A DNA stretch of 64,000 bases, from the sequence record PV745554.1; one strand, 5' to 3'. Made by a program: the position numbers and the translations under genes. The notes beneath the pieces are model-generated. The model saw only the letters and a program-made list of their open reading frames with translations, was not told where the DNA came from and did not search any database. Below, in pieces: positions 1-10,900 of this stretch. The number at the start of each line of letters is the position of its first letter. Positions within the stretch are counted from its first letter, which is position 1.

Positions 1-2
1 AG

Positions 3-3000
3 CTGACGGGCCAGCAGAAGTCGGTCGCCGACCTCTTCGACGAGATGCGCAAGGGCACGCTCCAGTCCGCGCCGTTCCTGAAGGCCTGGGCCGATGAAGT
101 CAGCCGCATGTTCGCGCCGCTGCTGCCGGAAGCTGAGAAGCGCCCCGACTTCCAACTGAACAAGGTCAAGACCGCCTTCTCCCTGTGGAAGAAGGAAGTG
201 GGCCAGTCGCAGTTCATCGGCGCCCTCACCACGCAGTTCAAGCGCCTGTCGGACATGCTCATCGTGGTCAAGGGCGACCACTACGTCCTGACCGATCGCG
301 GCAAGAAGCTGGCTGACTCGTTCGGCAAGGGTCTGGCCCAGGCCGTCAACATCCTGGGCAACGCCCTGGCGTGGCTGGCGGACAACATGGACAAGGTCGT
401 GTCGGTGATCAAGGTCATCGGCGCCCTGGCGATCGGCAATGAGTTCGCCAAGTGGGGCTCCCAGGTCGCCAAGTTCGCCGACAACATGCTGGGCGTGAAG
501 AAGGCGATCGAGGAAGTCTCGGCCGCTGAGTCGACCGCCCAGGCCAAGCGCGCCGTCGTCAACAAGTCCGGCGCGGTCAACACCGCCGCGTCGCTGGCGA
601 CCGATCGCATGGCGATGGCGACCAACCGCAGCCGTGACGCCGTCATGGGCGGCACCTTCGTGGGCTCGGCCGCCGCGCCGGCCGTGCGTCAGGCTCCGGC
701 CTTCTCGCAACTGTCCTACCTGACCGGCGCTCCGACGGAGGCTGCGCGCGGACGCGCGACCTTCGGCCAGCGCCAGCCCTTCACCGGCAACTCCACCTTC
801 GACGCGCGCCCGGCCGCGCGCGGTAACATGCTGGGCGGCCTGATGGGCGCGGCAAGCGCCGGCGCTGCCACGGCGGCGACCACCGCGTTCAGCGGCCTGC
901 GTAAGGTCATCAACCTCCTGCCCGGCGTTGCGCTGACGGCGGCCGTTGCCCTGGCGATCTTCGGCAACAGCATGACCAAGCTGAACGACAAGGCCGTCTC
1001 CTACAACAACATCGCCGCCGGCGCCCTGGGCACGGCAGGCGATCAGGTTGGCATGGGCCTGACCGGGCTGTTCAACGGCATCCGGGGCCTGCTGGGCGCC
1101 CAGCAGAAGGCCGCCGGCACCGGCGACTGGCTGGTCGACATCTCCGCCTCGCTGATCGTCTTCGGCAAGACCATCTTCACCCTGGCCTCGACCCTGGGCA
1201 AAATCCTCGGCACGATGATGTCCAACATCATCATCCCCTGGATCGACCTGGGTCAGAAGCTGTCCTCGGGCGACCTGAAGGGCGCTGCGGCGGCCTCGGG
1301 TGAAATCCTGCTGGGTCAGTTCGGCAAGGAGAGCCGCAAGCGCTGGGGTGACCTGGGCAAGGAACTGGGTCAGGACTGGGGCAAGGCCCTGGACTACGCG
1401 GGCACGCGCAAGTCGATCGTCGACGGCGCCCTGAAGTCGGCCGCCGGCGACACGGCCGCCACGCAAGGCGCCAACGCCGCCCAGAAGATGACGGAAGCGG
1501 CCCTCGCCCAGATGAAGGCCGCCGACGATCAGGCCCTGGCTGCGGCTGACCTGAAGGACGCCACGGCGAACTTCAAGAAGGACCTCGCGCCGCTCAACTT
1601 CAACGACCTCTTCAAGCGCGCCCAGGCCCTGGCCGACGGCACCTTCCAGCGCACGGCCGCCGCCTCCAAGCCGGGCAGCGCGCTGATGGCTCCGTCGCCG
1701 GCGCAGACCCAGGCCAATGCCGCTGCCGTCAAGGCGACCATCGCCTCGATGGGCGATCGCGTGTACGCGACGGCTGGCCAGCACATGGGGCAGACCGCCG
1801 CCAAGGACGGCGCCTCGCTGCAAGCCTACTTCAAGGCCAACGGCGTCACCATCGACCCCAAGAAGTTGTCCTGGTGCGCGGCCTTCGTCAACGCGGTCCT
1901 GGCTCAAAACGGTCTCTCGGGCACGGGCTCGCTCGCGGCGTCGTCGTTCAAGGACTACGGCTCGGAAGTCAGCCGCGCCGACGCCAAGAAGGGCGACATC
2001 GTCGTCCTCAAGCCGCAGGACAAGCTCAAGCGCACGACGGGTCACGTCGGCTTCCTGGACGGCTTCAACAGCGACGGCAGCGTCCGCCTGCTGGGCGGTA
2101 ACCAGGGCGGCGGCGTCAAGGTCTCGAACTTCAAGGCCGATCAGGTCGTCTCCTTCCGCCGCACCGGCACGGGCGGTGCTTCGGGCGCTGATCCCAGCTT
2201 CCTGGGCGGCGCGATCAAGGACGGCCAGGGCGAAGAGGGAGGCTCGCGCTACGAGCGCCGCATGAACGCCTTCAAGGCCCTGGGCACCATCACCGGCCAG
2301 TCTTCGCCGGCCGCCGACGCCTTGTCCGACTACCAGGGCAACCTCGAAAAGCTGCGCGACATCATCGTCTCGGAAGAGAAGTTGATGACCGACGTCGGCT
2401 CCGACGGGCAGTCGTTCTTTAACAAGACCAACCTCGAAGCCCTGGCGGCCACCCAGAAGAAGTGGAACCGCTCGATCGTCGAGGCGCTGAACCCGATCGC
2501 CAAGGAAGCGCGTCTGCTGTCGGAAGGCAATGACGTGCTGGAACTGCGCGCCAAGGGCCTGTCGCAGGAGGCCGACTGGCAAGAGCGCCTGACCAACATG
2601 CGCAACGACGGCCTGAACGTCGACCTGATGCAGGACGAGGCCAAGTGGACCCAGTACCTGAACGAGTTGAAGAAGCAGGGCCTGGAGATCGACGTCAAGG
2701 CGCTGATGATGAAGCCGGACGAACTGCGCTACCAGCAGGGCCGTCAGGAAGCGCTCCAGGCTGAACTCGACCTGACCAAGGCGCTGAACGACGCCAAGCA
2801 GGCGCAGATCGCGCGCACCGGCTCCAGCTACGACCGCACCCTGTCGGGCCTGATCGCGGGCAAGGGCAAGGAAGGCGAGAGCCTGACCCAGACCCAAGAC
2901 CGTCTCGCCGGCTCGGTGGGTCCCAACGGCCGCAACGCCCTGGAGGCTCTGCAAGAGACCGCCGGGGTGATGGAAAGCTCGCGCTTGGCCGACGCCAAGG

Positions 3001-5141
3001 CCAGCATGCAGTCCCAGCTTCAGATCATGCGCGAGAGCGCACGCCTGAACAACAGCCAGCGCGGCGTCTACGAGGACTACCGCAACATCCTGGGCGAACT
3101 GCTCAACAAGCAGGGCGCCTCGCTGAAGGAACTGCTCGACTCGGCTGACGAGCAGACCAAGCAGCTTGCCCAGTCGTTCGTCAAGGCCAAGCAGGACTTC
3201 GAGAACCCGCCGGGCTTCCAGAAGTGGGCTGACGCCCTGGAGCCGCTGGACAAGCGCCTCCAGGACATCAAGTCGCAGTTCATGGATGACCTGGGCGGCG
3301 GCATCACCGACGCGCTGCTCGGCGAAGACGTCGACTGGCGTGAGATGCTGCACAACACCTTCAAGAAGCAGCTTCGCGCCCAGGTCGACGAAGGGCTCAA
3401 GAACGTCACCTACTGGCTGACCGGTCAGGACCCCAACGCCCAGGCCGCCGCCAAGACGCCGGAAGCCCAGGCCCTGGTCTCGGCCGCCGACGTCCAGAAG
3501 CAGGCTGGCGACACCCTCCAGCAGGCCGCCAACAGCCTGCTCCAGGTCGCTCAAGGCGGAACGCCCGGCGCGCCGGGCATGATGCCGGGCGCTCCGGGAA
3601 CCTTGCCCAACAGCGCGACCTCGGCCGTCCAGCCGGGCATGACCCCGCTGCAAGGCCTCGCCGCCCAGGGCATCAACAGCGCCGTCCAGGGCGTCGGTTC
3701 GCTCATCGGCGGCGATCCCACCCAGCACACCGGCGCGCGCAGCTTCGGACAACGCGTGGGCGGCATCCTGTCGAGCGTCGGCAGCATGTTCGGCTTCGGC
3801 GGCGGGCGCCCCACGGCGATCGCGCCGGGCGGCCTGGGCGCGATCGGCGAGACCAAGACCTCGGGTGGCCTGTTTGGCGCCCTGGCGGCCATGAACGGCG
3901 TCACGGGCTTCCAGAAGACCTCGACCATGGTCGGGGGCACGTCCTCGGCCGGCGGCTCGACCGCGATCTCCGACGCCCTGACCATGGGCGGTGATCTGTC
4001 GCGCAACGCCGGCATGACCAACGCCATGCAGATCGGTAGCGCCACCATCTCGATCGGCAGCGCCACGATCAACGGCGGCGGCATGGGCGGCGGGGGTGGT
4101 GGAGCCCCCGGTGGCGCGCCGGGCGCTGGCGGCATGGGGGCCATGGGTGGCGGCGGCCTGGGTGGTCTGCTCGGCAACCTCAACACCAACACCGTGGGCG
4201 TCGGCGACAACATGCTGAGCCCGTTCACCATGGACGGCTCGGGTGGTCCCGGCTTCATGCCGGCTGGCTCGGGCCTGATGAACCTGTTTGGTGGTGGGGG
4301 CGGCGGCTTCGGTGGTGGCGCTGACCTCTCGGGCCTGACCAACAACGCCGTCGGCCTGCCCGACATGCTGAGCGCGTTCACCATGGACGGCTCGGGCGGT
4401 CCGGGCTTCCAGGCGGCGGGCTCGGCCCTGCAAGGCCTCAACATCACCCCGTTTGGCGGTGGCGGCGGGCTGGCCGGAATGTTCTCGTCGTTCGGCCCGA
4501 TGCTGCAAGGCGCCATGTCGTTCGCCGGTCCGCTGATCGGCGCGCTGATGACGGGCAAGAAGGGCGGCCCCAAGCCGCCGCCGACCTATCGCACGCCCAA
4601 CGGCGTCTTCGGTCAGGCCAGCCAGAACACCGTCACCGGCCGCCTGCTCGGTCCGCGCAAGAACGTCTTCGGCGAGATCGCCAACCTCGCCATGCAGTTC
4701 TTCACCGGCGGCATGGGCGGCGGCGGTCCGATGAACATGATGAGCATGTTCGGCGGTGGCGGCGGTCCGATGAGCATGATGGGCTTCAAGGAGGGTGGTC
4801 TGACCGGCGCGCCGGTCAACAGCTACGCCGTCTCCTCGCTCGGCTCGATGTTCGCCAACGCCCCGCACTACGCCGAGGGCACGCAGAACACCAAGCTGGC
4901 CAACGGCGGCATGCCGGCCATCGTCCATCCGGACGAAGCCGTGATCCCGCTGTCGCGTGGCCGGAACATCCCGGTCGAACTGAACGGCAACGGCGGCGGT
5001 CATTCGACCACGGTCGTCTCGCCGATCACCGTCTACGCCAACGACGTCGACAGCTTCCGCCCGGCCCAGAACCAGATCGCCCGCAAGCAGAACCGCACCC
5101 TGCGCCGCGCGGCGCTCCGGAACGCCCAGGGCGTCGGCTAA
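3..5141 (+). CDS. Tail tape measure protein (5'-truncated) with internal peptidoglycan-hydrolase-like domain and Gly/Met-rich C-terminal region
   Basis: Frame open from nt 3; >1700 aa Ala/Gly-rich helical protein directly upstream of baseplate genes; internal LSWCAAFVN...GHVGF...LGGNQ (TIGR02594-like); C-terminal FKEGG...HYAEG...AIVHPDEAVIPL typical of TMP ends. Confidence 0.9.
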   Translation: MTGQQKSVADLFDEMRKGTLQSAPFLKAWADEVSRMFAPLLPEAEKRPDFQLNKVKTAFSLWKKEVGQSQFIGALTTQFKRLSDMLIVVKGDHYVLTDRGKKLADSFGKGLAQAVNILGNALAWLADNMDKVVSVIKVIGALAIGNEFAKWGSQVAKFADNMLGVKKAIEEVSAAESTAQAKRAVVNKSGAVNTAASLATDRMAMATNRSRDAVMGGTFVGSAAAPAVRQAPAFSQLSYLTGAPTEAARGRATFGQRQPFTGNSTFDARPAARGNMLGGLMGAASAGAATAATTAFSGLRKVINLLPGVALTAAVALAIFGNSMTKLNDKAVSYNNIAAGALGTAGDQVGMGLTGLFNGIRGLLGAQQKAAGTGDWLVDISASLIVFGKTIFTLASTLGKILGTMMSNIIIPWIDLGQKLSSGDLKGAAAASGEILLGQFGKESRKRWGDLGKELGQDWGKALDYAGTRKSIVDGALKSAAGDTAATQGANAAQKMTEAALAQMKAADDQALAAADLKDATANFKKDLAPLNFNDLFKRAQALADGTFQRTAAASKPGSALMAPSPAQTQANAAAVKATIASMGDRVYATAGQHMGQTAAKDGASLQAYFKANGVTIDPKKLSWCAAFVNAVLAQNGLSGTGSLAASSFKDYGSEVSRADAKKGDIVVLKPQDKLKRTTGHVGFLDGFNSDGSVRLLGGNQGGGVKVSNFKADQVVSFRRTGTGGASGADPSFLGGAIKDGQGEEGGSRYERRMNAFKALGTITGQSSPAADALSDYQGNLEKLRDIIVSEEKLMTDVGSDGQSFFNKTNLEALAATQKKWNRSIVEALNPIAKEARLLSEGNDVLELRAKGLSQEADWQERLTNMRNDGLNVDLMQDEAKWTQYLNELKKQGLEIDVKALMMKPDELRYQQGRQEALQAELDLTKALNDAKQAQIARTGSSYDRTLSGLIAGKGKEGESLTQTQDRLAGSVGPNGRNALEALQETAGVMESSRLADAKASMQSQLQIMRESARLNNSQRGVYEDYRNILGELLNKQGASLKELLDSADEQTKQLAQSFVKAKQDFENPPGFQKWADALEPLDKRLQDIKSQFMDDLGGGITDALLGEDVDWREMLHNTFKKQLRAQVDEGLKNVTYWLTGQDPNAQAAAKTPEAQALVSAADVQKQAGDTLQQAANSLLQVAQGGTPGAPGMMPGAPGTLPNSATSAVQPGMTPLQGLAAQGINSAVQGVGSLIGGDPTQHTGARSFGQRVGGILSSVGSMFGFGGGRPTAIAPGGLGAIGETKTSGGLFGALAAMNGVTGFQKTSTMVGGTSSAGGSTAISDALTMGGDLSRNAGMTNAMQIGSATISIGSATINGGGMGGGGGGAPGGAPGAGGMGAMGGGGLGGLLGNLNTNTVGVGDNMLSPFTMDGSGGPGFMPAGSGLMNLFGGGGGGFGGGADLSGLTNNAVGLPDMLSAFTMDGSGGPGFQAAGSALQGLNITPFGGGGGLAGMFSSFGPMLQGAMSFAGPLIGALMTGKKGGPKPPPTYRTPNGVFGQASQNTVTGRLLGPRKNVFGEIANLAMQFFTGGMGGGGPMNMMSMFGGGGGPMSMMGFKEGGLTGAPVNSYAVSSLGSMFANAPHYAEGTQNTKLANGGMPAIVHPDEAVIPLSRGRNIPVELNGNGGGHSTTVVSPITVYANDVDSFRPAQNQIARKQNRTLRRAALRNAQGVG

Positions 5142-5156
5142 GTCACCACGCACGAC

Positions 5157-5172
5157 TGTCGTGAATCTTGAC
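5157..5172 (+). promoter_or_regulatory. Conserved promoter/operator motif TGTCGTGAATCTTGAC
   Basis: Ends in a sigma70 -35 hexamer; one of ~12 copies; intergenic before baseplate genes. Confidence 0.75.
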
Positions 5173-5225
5173 GTCCCTGGATGAACGTGGCATCCAGGGA
5201 CACTCCCATTCATGGTTAATCCCCG

Positions 5226-5882
5226 ATGCCGAGCTATCCGTTCCACGACGTCCTGTTCCCCGAGACCATCAGCTACGGCTCCTCGGGCGGCCCGAAGTTC
5301 AAGACCACGATCTTCCAGGCCGATAGCGGCTTCGAGCAGCGCAACAAGGACTGGAGCGACGTGCGGCACGAGTACGACGTCGCCCAGTCGATCCGCTCGA
5401 CCGAGGACATGGCCGAGCTTCGCGCCTTCTTCATGGCCCGCAACGGCCGCGCCCACGGCTTCCGCTACAAGGACTGGGGCGACTTCCAACTCAAGAACCA
5501 GTTGATCGGTGTCGGCGACGGCCTGACCAAGGCCTTCCAGATCGTCAAGACCTACACCAGCATCGGTCAGGGCGGGACCGAGTTCACCTACACCCGTAAT
5601 ATCCGCAAGCCCAAGTGGGACTCGATCGCGGGTGTCAAGGTCGGTCCCGTGGTCCAGGTCGCCCCGACCAACTACGAGGTCGACTACGCCACCGGCATCA
5701 TGACCTTCGTGGTCGCCCCGCCGGCCGACGCCCCGGTCACCATCGGCCTGGGCGAGTTCCACGTCCCCGTCCGCTTCGACACCGACTTCATGGATGTCAC
5801 CCAGGAATTCTGGATGCGCGAGACGTGGCCCAACATCCCGATCATCGAAATCCGTGACTGGCAAGAGGTCACCACGCCGTGA
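5226..5882 (+). CDS. Distal tail protein, DUF2460/TIGR02217 (GTA gp12-like)
   Basis: FHDVLFP..ISYGSSGGPKFKT..SGFEQRN..W, GFRYKDWGD and VPVRFDTD motifs; position after TMP. Confidence 0.9.
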   Translation: MPSYPFHDVLFPETISYGSSGGPKFKTTIFQADSGFEQRNKDWSDVRHEYDVAQSIRSTEDMAELRAFFMARNGRAHGFRYKDWGDFQLKNQLIGVGDGLTKAFQIVKTYTSIGQGGTEFTYTRNIRKPKWDSIAGVKVGPVVQVAPTNYEVDYATGIMTFVVAPPADAPVTIGLGEFHVPVRFDTDFMDVTQEFWMRETWPNIPIIEIRDWQEVTTP

Positions 5883-7504
5883 AGGACGTTCCTGAGCAAC
5901 TGATGCAGCACCTCCAGCAGGAGGTGACGACGCTGGCGACGGTGATCACGGTCGTGCGTCAGGACGGCAAGGCCTTCTTCATGACCGATCATGACCGGCC
6001 GATCAAGTTCGAGAACCAGACCTTCGTCCCCTACGACTCCTACCAGCGCACCGCGATCCTGATGTCGTCGGAACTGGAAGTCGACACCGCCGACATCACC
6101 GCCTTCCTGACCTCGGACGGCGTGACGCGCGATGACGTGGCCTCGGGCCTGTTCGACTACGCCGCCATCAAGGTCCAGTTGATCAACTACGAAAACCCCG
6201 AGTACGGCGCGATCCTGTTGCGCAAGGGCACCTTCGGCGAAGTGGTCATGAATCAGGACGAGACCTTCTCGGCCGAAATCCGGGGCATGACCCAGGTCCT
6301 GACCTATCGCGTCGGCGAGTCCTACGCGCCCGAGTGCCGGGCCGACCTGGGCGACAAGCGCTGCAAGATCGGCCTTATGCCGCAGGAGTGGCAGGGCAAC
6401 AAGTATTATCCGACCAGCACCTGCGTGCTGGGCGAGGTTGACCCGGCCAACTCCTTCGTCAATCTCGACGTCATCAACTGGAGCTTTGAGGCCGGCGACC
6501 TCAACACCGTCGTCACCGCGCCGGCCGGCTGGGTGGCCTACGGCGATCCGACCAGCCGCTGGGTCTACAAGCACGACTGGTACAACCTCTCCCGGCCGCA
6601 ACTGGGCGACAAGTTCATCGCCGCGACCCGCACGTCGATCGACGACAAGCAGGAGATCGCCGGCATCTTCCAGGACATCAGCCTCGTGTCGGCCGGCGTC
6701 TCCGAAGCCGACCTCGACACCGGCCTCTGCCGCGTGCGCTACAAGTCGTTCGTCGCCTGCCTCAATAACCGCGCCCAGTCGCGCGAGCGCCTGACCTGCA
6801 TCAAGGCCGACGGCTCGGTCGAAACGATCTGGGACACCGGAGAGAAGAAGTACCCCGAGGATCGCTGGGTCGCGGTCAATGCCGACGACGTCCTGATCCC
6901 GTCCGGCACCCGCGTCCTGCGCATCGACCTGTGGTCCAAGAAGCGCAACGTCCACGAGGAGGGCGTGGCCTACGACGGCATCAAGGCCTCGATCAACCTC
7001 CCGGACGGCACGGCCGGCAACGCCGACGTCTACGGCGGGGTGATGTTCAAGTGCATCCAGGCCGGCGTGAGCGGCGATACCCCGCCGGTGTGGACCAACG
7101 AGATCGGAGCCACCTTCAACGACGGCACCGTGATCTGGCAGTGCGTCACCAACTACAAGCGGGTGGGCACGGTTGACACCGTCGACTCCAACAAGTCGTT
7201 CACCCCCGACGGGGTTGGCGAGCAGGGCGGCTTCTACGACGGCGGCGTCCTCTACTGGGAGACGGGCCGCAACGCCGGCCGCGCTCAGGAGATCAAGTTC
7301 TGGTCGAGTGGGGTGTTCACCCTGTTCCAGCGGACCTACTACCCGATCGAGCCGGGTGACCGCTTCGTCTGCTACCCAGGCTGCGACAAGCGCCGCACCA
7401 CCTGCGCCGACAAGTTCAACAACATCCTCAACTTCCGCGCCGAGCCCGACGTGCCTGGCCAGGACATCTACTACCGCACGCCCAACGCGCCGGAGCAGGA
7501 ATGA
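5879..7504 (+). CDS. Baseplate hub protein, DUF2163/BR0599 (GTA gp13-like) with large internal insertion
   Basis: TDHDRPI N-terminus, CRADLGDKRC, C-terminal GCDKRRTTCADKFNNILNFRAEP; 4-nt overlap with upstream gene. Confidence 0.88.
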   Translation: MKDVPEQLMQHLQQEVTTLATVITVVRQDGKAFFMTDHDRPIKFENQTFVPYDSYQRTAILMSSELEVDTADITAFLTSDGVTRDDVASGLFDYAAIKVQLINYENPEYGAILLRKGTFGEVVMNQDETFSAEIRGMTQVLTYRVGESYAPECRADLGDKRCKIGLMPQEWQGNKYYPTSTCVLGEVDPANSFVNLDVINWSFEAGDLNTVVTAPAGWVAYGDPTSRWVYKHDWYNLSRPQLGDKFIAATRTSIDDKQEIAGIFQDISLVSAGVSEADLDTGLCRVRYKSFVACLNNRAQSRERLTCIKADGSVETIWDTGEKKYPEDRWVAVNADDVLIPSGTRVLRIDLWSKKRNVHEEGVAYDGIKASINLPDGTAGNADVYGGVMFKCIQAGVSGDTPPVWTNEIGATFNDGTVIWQCVTNYKRVGTVDTVDSNKSFTPDGVGEQGGFYDGGVLYWETGRNAGRAQEIKFWSSGVFTLFQRTYYPIEPGDRFVCYPGCDKRRTTCADKFNNILNFRAEPDVPGQDIYYRTPNAPEQE

Positions 7505-7926
7505 CCCGCGACGACATCGTGACCGAAGCGCGCCGCTATGTCGCGCTCCAGACCCCCTGGCGCCACCGGGGCCGCACCGAGCGCGGCCTCGACTGCATCG
7601 GGCTGGCCGTGATGATCTTCGAGAAGTTCAACCTGGAGTACATGGACCAGGACGGCTATGCCCGCTCGCCCGACGGCGAGAAGTTCGTCGACGTCATCAA
7701 GCAGCACATGACGATCGCCAACCCCACCGACCTCAAGCCCGGCATGCTGCTGCTGTTCAACGACGACACCCGACCCTGCCATGTCGGCATCCTGGCGCTC
7801 CAGCACGGACGCCTGTCCCTGATCCACGCGACCGCCGACAAGAAGCGGACGGTCGAAGAACCCTATGATCGTCGGTATTCCGCCCGCTTCCGGATGGCGT
7901 TCGATTTCCCCGGCGTTGAGGACTAA
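7501..7926 (+). CDS. NlpC/P60 cell-wall peptidase (GTA gp14-like)
   Basis: TPWRHRGR..GLDCIGL catalytic Cys, HVGI..LIHA His pair. Confidence 0.92.
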   Translation: MTRDDIVTEARRYVALQTPWRHRGRTERGLDCIGLAVMIFEKFNLEYMDQDGYARSPDGEKFVDVIKQHMTIANPTDLKPGMLLLFNDDTRPCHVGILALQHGRLSLIHATADKKRTVEEPYDRRYSARFRMAFDFPGVED

Positions 7927-7928
7927 GC

Positions 7929-10900
7929 ATGGGCGCAGCGATTGCTCTTCCGATTATCTCGGCTATCGTCAGCACGGCGATCAGCTACGTGTTCCCCGAC
8001 GAGGGGCCGCGCCTGCGCGACGCCAAGGTCTCGGCCTCGACCTACGGCAACGTGATCCCGGAGATTTATGGTACCGCCCGCGTGGGCGGCAACATGATCT
8101 GGTCCAAGCCCTTCACCGAGAAGAAGAAGAAAAAGCGCGCCGGCAAAGGCGGCTCCTACTACAACCAGTACACGTATTTCTGCGACTTCGCCATGGGGTT
8201 CTGTAAGGGGCCGGTGAAGGAAATTCGCCGCATCTGGGCCGACGGCAAGGTGATCTACGACACCACCGGCGGCTCGGAGGTGGTCGACAACAACAAGTAC
8301 CGCTTCCGCTTCTACCCCGGCGACGAAGAGCAGCTTCCTGACAGCATCGTCTCGGAGGACAAGGGTCTCGACTACGCCCCGGCCTACCGGGGCCTCTGCT
8401 ATGTCGTGTTCGACGACTTCGCCCTGGCCGACTTCGGCAACCGCATCCCCCAGATCATGGCCGAGGTCTATGCCGGCGACGAAGGCGGTGCGGCGATCAC
8501 CGACGTCACGCCGCTCTCGGGCGACGTCTCGCCCTCGCCGCCGTCCGGCAGCTATCAACTCGATCAGGCGATCATCGACACCGACCGGGGCTACTTCTAC
8601 CTCGTCGACGGCTTGGCTGACCCGCGCGGCGGCGTGCTGCGCCGCTTCAAGCTGTCCGACGGCTTCGAAGATCGCCGCGAGGTGGTGCTCGTGCCACCGA
8701 CCACGCCGCCGTCGGTCTATGACAGCGCCGGCCTGACCTCCGTTCGCGGCCTGACCTCGAAGGGTGAACTCCTCTGCGTGTTCGGCGGGGTCAACAACTA
8801 CATGCGGATCGAGAAGCTCGATCCCTATTCCTGGGCCTCGCTCGGCACGCTGGGTCGCAGCTTCCCGTTCGAGAACGAAAGCCGCCCCGACTGGAGTCTG
8901 GAGTTCTCCAACACCAACTTCAAGACCGGCCGCGACGACAAGGGCAACTACTATACCCTGACCCTGGGCGTGTTCGGTGAGTACAACATCTTCGACCCGA
9001 CCTCGATGTCGTACCTGTCCAAGGGGCACATGGCGGGCTGGAACGGCCCCGGCACGCCGATGCAGATCACCGCTCGCCAGGGCGGCCCCGCGAGCGCCCG
9101 GCGCTTCTACCACGTCACCTACAATGGCGGCCCGACCCTGTCGGTGTGCAGTCTGGGCGAGACGCTCTACAACCACCCCATGCCGCATCCGGGCGCGGCC
9201 GGCGCGACCGGCTGGTGCTTCTGGGACGAGGGCGACCCCGGCGTCGTCTTCTTCTTCACGGACGGCAACCAGGACCGCTATCTCGCCAAGTGGTCGGAAA
9301 CCACCGGCGCCCTGGTCTGGCAGACCAAGCTCTCCGACACGCCCTACTGCGGCTACCCGGTCTGGGGCATGGAAGCGCGGATCAAGGACAACGAGCTTCA
9401 CTGGGTCTACGATCAGCGCCTGTTCTCGATCAACACCGCGACGGGCAAGTGGATCGACCGGACCTTCGACCAGGACTTCTACAAGACCGACAACGACAAG
9501 ACGGCCGATCAGGTCAACGACGGCGAGAAGGGCCTGGAGCTTCCGCGCGAGATTAACGACGACTACGTCATCTATGACCCGCGCCGCAACATCGTCATCG
9601 GCCTGGGATCGCCGCAGGTCCAGAACGGCATCGTCCACGTCGGGGCCTATACCGGCCAGCGGACCAATGTCGGGCGCATCGTCGAGCAGCTTCTGACCAC
9701 CACCGGTCAGATGACCTCGAACGACTTCGACCTGACGCCGCTCTACGAAATCCCGGTGCGCGGCTACGGCTACGCGACCTCGACCGACGTCAAGTCGATC
9801 ATCTCTGAGTTGCGTAACCTCTTCATGTTCGACCTCGTGGAGAGCGACGGCAAGCTCTTCGCCCGCGTGCGCGGCGACCAGACGGCCGACGTCGAAATCC
9901 CCTGGCAGATGCTGGGCTCCCAGAGCGGTCCCAGCGACGACAAGGCCGACTACTGGAAGGAGACGCGGATGTCGGAGTCCGATCTCCCCTCGGCGATCGA
10001 CCTGACTTACATGAACATCGACGACGACTATAACCCGTCGACGGCCAAGTCCAAGCGCATCTCGGCCCCGGTCGCCACCATGCTGTCGCGCCAGCAGGTC
10101 AAGACCGAGTGCAACCTCGTCATGGACGCGACCGAGGCGAAGAACCGCGTCAACGTCATGCTCTACACCCAGTGGGACGAGCGCACCCAGCACAACACGG
10201 CCCTGCCCTGGCGCTATGCCTACCTCGACGCCTCGGACCTGATCTCGGTAACGATGGAGGACGGCCGCAACTACTTCGACCGGATCGGCTCGATCGAGTT
10301 CGGCGCTGACTTCTCCTCGCGCCTGGAGACCTACGGGACCGACAGCGGGGCCTATCTCTCCGACAAGGTCGGTGAGGGCGGTGGCGCCGGGCGTCCGACC
10401 GTGGTCAACGCGCCCAAGCCCGTCGTGGGCTTCATCATGAACACCCCGCTCCTGCGCGACACCCACGACAGCGGCGGCAACTACTCCAACTGGTACAGCG
10501 CCATCGGCGCCGGCGCGCCCGGCAAGTTCTTTGGCGGCACGATGTACAAGTCCGCCAACAGCCAGGACTACGTCGACCTCTACCAGGAGACCGAGAGCGC
10601 TGAATGGGGCACGGTGGTGGGTGTCGTGCCGCCGGCGTCGCACGGCTGGTTCGCGCTCGACTGGGAGACCAAGATCACCATCATCCCGGCGGTCGAGTTC
10701 TTCGAATTGGAATCGATCACCGACGACGAACTCTGGGAAGGCCAGAACGCCGTCATCGTCGGCGACGAAATCATGCAGTTCCGGGACGCGGTCGAGAACG
10801 CCGATGGCTCCTGGACGATCTGGAACCTGCTGCGCGGCCGGCGCGGAACGCAATACGCTTGCGACAAGCACGTCAAGGGCGAGAAGTTCATCTTCCTCGA

